Source of the DNA: an uncultured Gammaproteobacteria bacterium
GTDB taxonomy: Bacteria > Pseudomonadota > Gammaproteobacteria > JAURND01
Length of the DNA stretch: 64,000 nucleotides
Direction of reading: 5' to 3'
Assembly (NCBI GenBank): GCA_963813895.1
Contig: CAWFAS010000003.1
Span: 543,914-607,913 of the forward strand
Part shown: positions 38,484 to 45,573 of the stretch, one piece after another
Layout: every line of letters starts with the position of its first letter
Position numbering within the stretch: the first letter of the stretch is position 1
Notes under the pieces: generated by a model
What the model was told of the DNA's origin: nothing
What the model saw: the letters and a program-made list of their open reading frames with translations, nothing else
Databases searched by the model: none
Made by a program: the position numbers and the translations under genes

Positions 38484-38916
38484 ATATACAATATCTGCAA
38501 ATTGTCCTTGAAAATTTACTGAATTAACCAATTTAGAATTTTTAAGTTTTCATTAATACAGGAGACTCATATAGTAACTGGCAAGAAACCCGCCTTCTTA
38601 GCAGCCAAAGGATTAAAAAATAAAAAAACGTGCCAAACTCCGAGAATAGTAGATGGAAGCGATTTAGCCCAACTTCAAGGAAGAAAACAACAAAAGCAAA
38701 AAATAGAAAGTAATTGAATTTGGAATAATTTGAGGCCAGTCAATTAGGCCACTCCAAAACGAAAAAAATACTATTTAGTCCGCTATGTGGCATAAATTTA
38801 CAGGCACAAGCTAAGAGAGAATTGCACCTCTATCGGGGAGTTCGATTGCGCTGTTTTCGCTGTAGCTGCGGGTAATCATAGATATCATTATTAACCTTCA
38901 TGGAGTAATTCAGTTA

Positions 38917-40122
38917 ATGAAGAATTTTGCGAATAATACTCGAGGCGATAATTCAATCCCTCAACTTAGAAAATCACGGGATGAAATTAATAAATTTCTT
39001 TCGGATCAGATCAGAGAAGGCAAAGAAAATTTTTTGGTGGTTGAAATTGGCAGCTCAGCCCAATTGGATGAAACACAAAGAGAATACAAAAAATGGAAAT
39101 CATCCAACAAAAACTATTTAACTATAGCATTTAGTAATGATCAATTTTCGAACCAATATGATAATACCTATGTTTCAATGGACATTAGAACTTCTAGAAC
39201 TCCTTTTTCAATGGAGGTAAAATATTTTAAAGATGAAGTACAGTCTAATATTGATAAGCTAATAGAAATTTTAGATACACTACCTCTATGTGAAACGACT
39301 CAATTAGAAAGCTCTGAAATACCTGTGAGTAACCAAGATTTCGACAATGTTGTTCTGGGTTATGTTAATAGTCAATCTCCTTCTCCCGTTAGATTCAATA
39401 TGGCAAAAATTGAAAAATTGACGGGGTTAAAAAATAATACAGAAAATGAAGGCGATCTTATACGATTTTTGCAAACTGTAGATTTTCTTGTGGATGAAGG
39501 TTATTTAAGATGTTCTTCTAAGCACATACGTTATGGCATGAACTATGATCTAATCCTGCAACTCGATCAGCTCGTTACTATTACAGAGAAGGGTAAAGAT
39601 AAAATAAAATCTAATCTTACACAACAGAATATCAAAATTCATGACAATAATAAAAAAGTCTTTATAGTGCACGGGCATGATGATACGGCCAAGCTTCAAG
39701 TGGCTTATTTTCTAAAAACAATTGGATTAGAGCCGATTATTTTACACGAACAACCAAACAAGGGTCGTACAATTATTGAAAAGTTGAATGATCATGCGCA
39801 GGAAGTCGCTTTTGCTGTAATATTACTCACGCCTGATGATATTGGTTGTGCTAAAAAAGAGTTTGATGGTGATGTTCAAAAATTGAAGCCACGCGCCAGG
39901 CAAAACGTGGTTTTGGAGCTTGGTCTTTTTATAGGTCTCTTAGGAGGAAAGAACGTTTGTGCTTTAATGAAAGGCGCTATTGAACAGCCTAGCGATTATA
40001 ATGGAGTACTTTATATCAATATGGATGAATCCGATGGATGGCAGATACGACTTATTAAAGAATTAAACGCGGCTAATTTAGATATTGACCATACAGCTCT
40101 TGTTACTTCCGGTAAAAATTGA
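38917..40122 (+). CDS. TIR-like (Cap12/Pycsar-TIR-type, COG4271) C-terminal domain protein with unknown ~230-aa N-terminal domain
   Basis: C-terminal KKVFIVHGHDDTAKLQVAYFLKTIGLEPIILHEQPNKGRTIIEKLNDHAQEVAFAVILLTPDD matches the TIR-like nucleotide-binding-domain signature. Confidence 0.7.
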   Translation: MKNFANNTRGDNSIPQLRKSRDEINKFLSDQIREGKENFLVVEIGSSAQLDETQREYKKWKSSNKNYLTIAFSNDQFSNQYDNTYVSMDIRTSRTPFSMEVKYFKDEVQSNIDKLIEILDTLPLCETTQLESSEIPVSNQDFDNVVLGYVNSQSPSPVRFNMAKIEKLTGLKNNTENEGDLIRFLQTVDFLVDEGYLRCSSKHIRYGMNYDLILQLDQLVTITEKGKDKIKSNLTQQNIKIHDNNKKVFIVHGHDDTAKLQVAYFLKTIGLEPIILHEQPNKGRTIIEKLNDHAQEVAFAVILLTPDDIGCAKKEFDGDVQKLKPRARQNVVLELGLFIGLLGGKNVCALMKGAIEQPSDYNGVLYINMDESDGWQIRLIKELNAANLDIDHTALVTSGKN

Positions 40123-40139
40123 TTCCGTTTAGTTGTAAA

Positions 40140-40492
40140 CCTGCTTTTTGGTTCTATAGGATCTAAGGCGGATTAAAGAACAACAGACCAAAACACTGCC
40201 TGGTAATGATGCAGTCCATTAAATCACCGTGGATGCAATGATTTAACAGCGATTTGGCGTGCCAGGCGCGTTCTTTATCAATTTCAACCCCATAGGCAGG
40301 GTGCGGGTTTGGACTAAAGGATGTTTGCATTCAGCCAATGCTAAGCCTTTTCCGGCAGTGGGATCAAAGATGGCCAGTTGATCACCACTTTCAGCGGGAA
40401 CTAAGGCATTTAAGATGCGCCCAGTATCTCGCTGTCAGTGGGAAAATAACCGAACTTGATAAAGTTTCGTGCCAGTCGTTGAAATAACATAG
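40140..40492 (-). pseudogene. 5' remnant of an N6-adenine DNA methyltransferase gene (frameshifted and truncated)
   Basis: Translation from the ATG at 40492 gives MLFQRLARNFIKFGYFPTDSEILGAS-stop. The next frame continues LNALVPAESGDQLAIFDPTAGKGLALAE, which is MTase motif X/I style (YFTP...; xLDPxxGxG). The ORF dies at the edge of the inserted TIR gene. Confidence 0.4.
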
Positions 40493-40511
40493 TGGTTTCT
40501 CCTGTGGTTGA

Positions 40512-40565
40512 AAATTAAAAGGAGAAACCATCCCCAGGGAGTTAGTTTCTCCCCGTTTGGGACTC
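40512..40565 (-). repeat. intergenic hairpin element (GGAGAAACCATCCCCAGGGAGTTAGTTTCTCCCC) upstream of the MTase remnant start
   Basis: Stem GGAGAAAC / GTTTCTCC read directly. Confidence 0.55.
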
Positions 40566-40602
40566 TATTTATTGCAGATCACGATACGATCTGCTTTATG
40601 GT

Positions 40603-40938
40603 TTACGCAGCATAGGAATATACATGCGGTTCCACCAATTGTTTAAAAGGTACTTTGAATATACTTCGGTCTCGCTCAATGGTCAGGGCCGATGGGCTAT
40701 GAGCAGACTTTAATTCGGATAAAGCAAAATAGCCTAATTCATTTTCAAAACCCTGCACAAATCCAAAAAATAAAAAATCCTTATCTTCCGGATACCATTC
40801 TCCCTCGAACACATACCATGTCCAGTTAGAATATGGTGAGAAGAATTTACAAATGACGATTCTCTCAGCCAAAGGCAGGTGTTCAGTTGCATACAATTTT
40901 GGTAATGCAGCTTTAATTTTTTGGGTTAATAACATCAT
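40603..40938 (-). CDS. DUF2958-family ICE protein
   Basis: Pattern ...LP.LY..E.....A...KFF.P...WTWY..E......D..FGFV.G.E.ELGYF.LSEL.......L.IERD..F matches DUF2958, common in ICE/plasmid leading regions. Confidence 0.7.
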   Translation of the reverse strand: MMLLTQKIKAALPKLYATEHLPLAERIVICKFFSPYSNWTWYVFEGEWYPEDKDFLFFGFVQGFENELGYFALSELKSAHSPSALTIERDRSIFKVPFKQLVEPHVYSYAA

Positions 40939-40957
40939 GATATTTCTCCTATAAAAA

Positions 40958-41010
40958 AATTTGAATCAGGAGAAATATCCCCGAAGGGAGCTTCTCCCTT
41001 CGGGTGTAGA
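40958..41010 (-). repeat. intergenic hairpin element (GGAGAAATATCCCCGAAGGGAGCTTCTCCCTTCGGG) upstream of DUF2958 gene
   Basis: Nested inverted repeats read directly. Confidence 0.55.
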
Positions 41011-41018
41011 ATATTAGT

Positions 41019-41669
41019 TTAACTATTGATTAACTTTTTTTTTAAAAAAGCTAAACCAGAATCATCTTGTCCTGAATCATCGTTCATGTCCATCGTCCAC
41101 CAGCTTGGCGGATCATCTCCTATCAATAAATAATGCCCATTGACGGAAATGACTGTATTATCATCCAACAAAATATGATCATTATCGATCCAGTTGCCCT
41201 CGCTACAAAACCTATCTTTCCAGCCCACTGCGCCTATAGGAACCTTTGCATTATAATGTAAGTTGCTATAGCTTTTGCGGGTGGCGGAAAAATAGAAAAC
41301 ATAACGAGTAGGCGGGATATTGACTAATGCACCGACTTTATGTTCACCAGATTTATACCCACTGGCGCACCATACCCGATCACCCGGCTGCAACAACCGA
41401 CGTATTTTGTTGTAAGGTACCTTCTCACGCACCTGCTCTACATTATCTTCAGTCACGACATAATGCCAATGCACCTGATAATGTATCTGCTCCAGGGTGA
41501 GCCGTAGCCTGAGTTTATCTTTTAAAAAGCGTGATGACTTCTCCAAGAAAGCGGCTGTTTGACTTAAAACAGCCATACTCAGGATTTTGACCCTCAGATA
41601 GACACGCAGTTTAAATCCAAATAAACCTTGTCTTAGACAATCAATTTTCTTTGAAAGTAAAGTTTTCAT
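41019..41669 (-). CDS. hypothetical ICE core protein (216 aa)
   Basis: ORF preceded by hairpin element + GGAG + ATG. No family recognised. Confidence 0.5.
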   Translation of the reverse strand: MKTLLSKKIDCLRQGLFGFKLRVYLRVKILSMAVLSQTAAFLEKSSRFLKDKLRLRLTLEQIHYQVHWHYVVTEDNVEQVREKVPYNKIRRLLQPGDRVWCASGYKSGEHKVGALVNIPPTRYVFYFSATRKSYSNLHYNAKVPIGAVGWKDRFCSEGNWIDNDHILLDDNTVISVNGHYLLIGDDPPSWWTMDMNDDSGQDDSGLAFLKKKLINS

Positions 41670-41692
41670 AATTTCTCCATAATTTAAAAAAA

Positions 41693-41760
41693 ATAAGGAG
41701 AAACCATCCCAACTGGGAGTTGGTTTCTCCCCAGCTGGGACTTGATTAGTTACAGATCAA
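41693..41760 (-). repeat. intergenic hairpin element (GGAGAAACCAACTCCCAGTTGGGATGGTTTCTCC) upstream of 41019-41669
   Basis: 10-bp stem GGAGAAACCA / TGGTTTCTCC with inner CCCAGTTGGG dyad. Followed (gene sense) by T-run, GGAG, ATG. Confidence 0.6.
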
Positions 41761-42002
41761 ACACAATCTGCTTCATTTCATTCAGAGTTGTTTCCGCCAT
41801 ATCAACCGCAAAACGCAGGAGAGCTGTTGTGATCATTTTTATCGGTAATAAACCCGCAATTTGAATCGCAGGAAAAACTGCCTATCCATAAAGCGACCAT
41901 CATTAAGCACAAAGCGGCCTAAGCTGCAATGTAGTAATGTGCCTTGCGAACTAATGTGAAGTGTACCACTTAAGGTAATCATTGAATTTTCCTCCTGGTT
42001 TA

Positions 42003-42070
42003 AAAATAGATGAGGAGGAAAAGCCCATAACCAGGGAGTTTCCTCCCCAAGGGGTGATTTGAAAATGACG
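42003..42070 (-). repeat. intergenic hairpin element (GGAGGAAAAGCCC...GGGAGTTTCCTCCCCAAGGGG)
   Basis: Followed (gene sense) by AGGAGGAAAATTCA-ATG of a possible 48-aa ORF (41839-41988). Confidence 0.5.
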
Positions 42071-42101
42071 CAGTCAGCTGACTGTTCATTGAACAACAAT
42101 A

Positions 42102-42461
42102 TTAATGTACCAGAGTATGTACTAACACAATGAGTGTAGAAACTGCTGCGGATAGAGCAGCAAGGCCAATCATCCAACCTGCTTTGAACGTGAAATCGAA
42201 CAAACGGGTACGGATTTCACCGCGGACTTGATCGCGTCTGCCTAAGGCGGTTTCGACAGAGGACAGGCGGCTTTCAACTTTCGAAAAACGCTCAATCATG
42301 TCGTGACGAAGACCGCTAATATCACGGTGCATCTCATGCCTGAGTGTAACGATCTGATCAACTACTTGAGTGATGGCTCTGCTCACAGATATCTCCACTT
42401 TTGAATCTACCAGTTCGGTTTGCAACTGGAACAACAATCTTGCTTGATCTTCGTAACGCAT
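42102..42461 (-). CDS. coiled-coil protein with C-terminal transmembrane anchor (ICE core, unknown function)
   Basis: 119 aa. Heptad-like N-terminal region. C-terminal hydrophobic helix GWMIGLAALSAAVSTLIVLV. Confidence 0.5.
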   Translation of the reverse strand: MRYEDQARLLFQLQTELVDSKVEISVSRAITQVVDQIVTLRHEMHRDISGLRHDMIERFSKVESRLSSVETALGRRDQVRGEIRTRLFDFTFKAGWMIGLAALSAAVSTLIVLVHTLVH

Positions 42462-42493
42462 AGTATAACTCCTTTAAAGACAGGTGGCGATGG

Positions 42494-42853
42494 TCAAACT
42501 TCATCAGGCGAAGTAGCGAGATGTTCACTATTTTCAATCCAGCCTTGGAGCGCCATCAGCCTGCCTTTAATTTGGAGCATATCCTTATCCCCTGCTAACC
42601 CTGAGTAGCAATGCCCGAAACTCGAATAATGCACGATAAACTGTAGCAAGATACATTCTCCGTTTCGGCAACGTTCCTTGAGTTCTTGCAGTTGCGTCAG
42701 CAATTGTGGTGTATCCACAATGCAATCAAGCTCAATATTTTCTGACCCATCCGAGTGAACCTTGATTTTAACCATGGTCCCTTGAGGTGTATCAGTAGTT
42801 TCAATCCAATGCCCATAACCGGACATGCAAAGTTTAAAGCTATTTTTAATCAT
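42494..42853 (-). CDS. hypothetical ICE core protein (119 aa)
   Basis: ORF with hairpin element + AAGGAGG + ATG upstream. Confidence 0.5.
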   Translation of the reverse strand: MIKNSFKLCMSGYGHWIETTDTPQGTMVKIKVHSDGSENIELDCIVDTPQLLTQLQELKERCRNGECILLQFIVHYSSFGHCYSGLAGDKDMLQIKGRLMALQGWIENSEHLATSPDEV

Positions 42854-42865
42854 ATTTCCTCCTTA

Positions 42866-42915
42866 AAAAATAAAAGGGGAAATATTCCCTGCAGGGATAT
42901 TTCCCCGCTAGGGTG
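42866..42915 (-). repeat. intergenic hairpin element (GGGGAAATATTCCCTGCAGGGATATTTCCCC) between ssb and the next gene
   Basis: Near-perfect 15-bp dyad, then (gene sense) TTTTATTTTTT, AAGGAGG, ATG. Confidence 0.6.
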
Positions 42916-42952
42916 ATTTTTGTTCGTTACATTCGTAGCGAAAGTTTAGAAA

Positions 42953-43315
42953 TTAATCTGACAATGATTGCGACTCTTGTGCCGGTTTCTGATCCAAAAA
43001 CAGGAGTTTGGAAGCATAGATACCGGTATTAAACTGCCGCTGATTCTCTTTGTTTTGCCATTCGGTAGTACGTAATTCACCGGAAACATAAATGACAGAT
43101 CCTTTATTTAAATGATCTACCACAGATTTTCCCAGCTGATTATTAAAATACACCGTATGCCATTCAGTCACTTCTTCAGATTCCTCTTTGTCATTGGTAA
43201 TCCTTTTGGAAGTAGCCAGTGAGATTCGAACAAAAAGACCATTTTGAGTGGTTTTTAAAACTTCAGGGTCTTTACCTAAACGACCAATCAGTTGCATTAA
43301 ATTAAGTGATAACAT
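42953..43315 (-). CDS. ssb: single-stranded DNA-binding protein (short ICE-type SSB)
   Basis: OB-fold SSB N-terminus MLSLNLMQLIGRLGKDPEV...G......SLA.....W..V.... No long acidic tail. Confidence 0.7.
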   Translation of the reverse strand: MLSLNLMQLIGRLGKDPEVLKTTQNGLFVRISLATSKRITNDKEESEEVTEWHTVYFNNQLGKSVVDHLNKGSVIYVSGELRTTEWQNKENQRQFNTGIYASKLLFLDQKPAQESQSLSD

Positions 43316-43559
43316 GATGTTTTCTCCTTTGATTTAAAAAAATCCTTTGAGTACAAACACACATCTCCTTATGGAGAGGTTGATTTTCCTCGACAGGATG
43401 GGTTGATAAAAGCAAGACGCAACTTATTTCTGGTAATAATTAAACCGGAAGATAAATTTAGTAAAATCATGACAGCAGAATTACAGATAAACTGTAACAG
43501 AACGGCAAGAACCGTATTGAAAGTGGAAATAGCTTAAAGGCTATCGGAGGATACAGAAG

Positions 43560-43670
43560 AATCCCCATTAGGATGGGTACGGCTATGACACCAGGATTAA
43601 ATCTGGCGATCAGGGAATTGCATCATAGCTACGCCTGATCTTCACTGCGGTTTATAGTCTTGCAGAGAGC
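43560..43670. repeat. second copy of the ~110-bp repeat (see 33360-33480)
   Basis: See 33360-33480. Confidence 0.6.
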
Positions 43671-43717
43671 GACTAATACAGATAATTTTACCCCAATTAT
43701 TTGTGGAAGCAATATTC

Positions 43718-44416
43718 TTATGCAGTAGTTTTCGCAGCACCTAACATGCTATCTAGTAAATATACAAATTTTATTTCTTTATTTAATATGGCACTGGGTA
43801 TCGTGCCCATTTTTTCTTTAGCCTGCTGGGCCAGATCATTGTTTTCGCGAATATCCTGACGTGTGACTTGCATTTTCCAGCCTAATGGCAAAGAAAATAG
43901 ATTGCGTATGCTGGATAGAATACGTAATGGCAATTGTTCAGGCTCCAGGAGTTGACCAACATGTCGCAAGGTATAAGCTTGTCGTGATACATAGTCCAAT
44001 TCAGGTAATAACGACGCGCCCATATAGCTAAATGGAATGGCAAATTTTAATGCTAATTGCATAGGTTCTGGATTTTCAAATACTTTGATATTAAAACCAC
44101 GCAATTGAGACAGACGCTGTTGACAATACTGCTCCAGCTCCTGAATTTCACTGCGGATGTTATGGATTTTTTCATCAATTTTCATAAAAAACCAATCAGC
44201 ATAGGGGTCGTCGGCGCGATGGCCTTTCCAGAGATCACGTACCTTGAGGGCATATTGCCATAATCCCAGTTTTCCATTACCCCAATTGCCTTGTAATAAA
44301 GTTTGCGCCAATTTGGTATGTAATGTTAAATCGATTTCGCCCTCCAGATACACTGGAGAACGTATGGGTGGTTTAGGGGTATAACTATCGTTATTGATTA
44401 TGGGTGAAGTCGTCAT
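43718..44416 (-). CDS. hypothetical ICE core protein (232 aa)
   Basis: ORF in the conserved block upstream of traD. Not assigned. Confidence 0.5.
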   Translation of the reverse strand: MTTSPIINNDSYTPKPPIRSPVYLEGEIDLTLHTKLAQTLLQGNWGNGKLGLWQYALKVRDLWKGHRADDPYADWFFMKIDEKIHNIRSEIQELEQYCQQRLSQLRGFNIKVFENPEPMQLALKFAIPFSYMGASLLPELDYVSRQAYTLRHVGQLLEPEQLPLRILSSIRNLFSLPLGWKMQVTRQDIRENNDLAQQAKEKMGTIPSAILNKEIKFVYLLDSMLGAAKTTA

Positions 44417-44427
44417 ATGTATTTCTC

Positions 44428-45552
44428 CTATAGCGGGATGTCGGTTGCGAAGCTGGATTGTAGAGGGAGTGATTTTGCTTGTGGTGGTAAATAGCTAACG
44501 TCCAAAATAATTCCTTCGATTACGAGGCGTTTTTCAAAACGGGCTGAACGATAGCGGTGAATTGTGTTAGTATTTTTTTTGATCAAATAACTATCGAGCA
44601 GTTGCAGTAAATTATCTTGTGGTGCGTATTGGGGATAAAGTTGGAGAAATTCTGCAATACGCTTTATGCCTATGAACAAACCGGCGGGGATGCGTAACAA
44701 TAGAGTATTTTCCACATTAAAATCCGTTGCAGTACATTGGTGATCTATCCATTCATTCAAAATATTTAGGAGCTGCGAAGGATTAGTTTTTTCCTCTTGT
44801 TCATCAGTGGTTGCATGGGGGCTCTGATGCTTTTGTATTATTGGATTGGCATCGTCTGGAGGATCTGTGTCCAAAGGGTAATTAATTTTTTCAGCAGCCT
44901 CACGGATAATTTCTGTCAAAACAGTAGGTGCTGTCGGATTTTCTACTAAAGTTGTCCACCAGACTTGAAAGGCAGTGGGGCAACCAGTTAGCCAACGCAA
45001 TGCAATTGATGGGACTATCCGACCAATGAGGGCAGCGCGGAATACCCATTCGTTGACGATGACGGGGTGAGATTTATTTTCAAGAGAATAAAATGTCGCT
45101 GCTTCGTATAAATTGCCGGCTAATGGATGCCAAAGACCCAATTTATTGCCGCCATTTTTAAATAGCGTGATAGTGCGATCGTGTTGTAGGTGATTTATTT
45201 GCGTGAATAGGCAAGCGGTAAATAATGCGTAGGTCCACAAGGGCTCTTGTTCGGCAATAGTTTCACTTTCTGATTGTAGGGGTAACATTTTGCCCCGCCG
45301 CAATTTTAATGCTGTGATTGCTAAATCCAGTTGCCGCTGTAAGAGGCTATAGGGTTTTGATTGATGATCAAATGACATCGCTTGGCAAAACGCCATAAAG
45401 CGATTTAGGGTTGTGAGATATAATTCCTGATAAATATCGAGCGGTGCACTGACGAGCTGTTTTAACTGAATAAGATGGGGCTGTAATGCTGGGAGCCTGG
45501 CAATTTCTTCCCCAGTCAGGCAGGGCAATAATTCATTGGACTGTTTTTCCAT
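44428..45552 (-). CDS. hypothetical ICE core protein (374 aa)
   Basis: ORF immediately upstream of, and co-directional with, traD. Confidence 0.5.
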   Translation of the reverse strand: MEKQSNELLPCLTGEEIARLPALQPHLIQLKQLVSAPLDIYQELYLTTLNRFMAFCQAMSFDHQSKPYSLLQRQLDLAITALKLRRGKMLPLQSESETIAEQEPLWTYALFTACLFTQINHLQHDRTITLFKNGGNKLGLWHPLAGNLYEAATFYSLENKSHPVIVNEWVFRAALIGRIVPSIALRWLTGCPTAFQVWWTTLVENPTAPTVLTEIIREAAEKINYPLDTDPPDDANPIIQKHQSPHATTDEQEEKTNPSQLLNILNEWIDHQCTATDFNVENTLLLRIPAGLFIGIKRIAEFLQLYPQYAPQDNLLQLLDSYLIKKNTNTIHRYRSARFEKRLVIEGIILDVSYLPPQAKSLPLQSSFATDIPL

Positions 45553-45573
45553 GGTGCTGCTCCGAATAATGGG

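Noticed and set aside
41839-42177. 112-aa minus-strand ORF
   Set aside because: Overlaps the 3' end of the 42102-42461 gene and runs straight through a hairpin element. Only the last ~48 codons (from ATG at ~41988 with an AGGAGG RBS) might be a real micro-gene.
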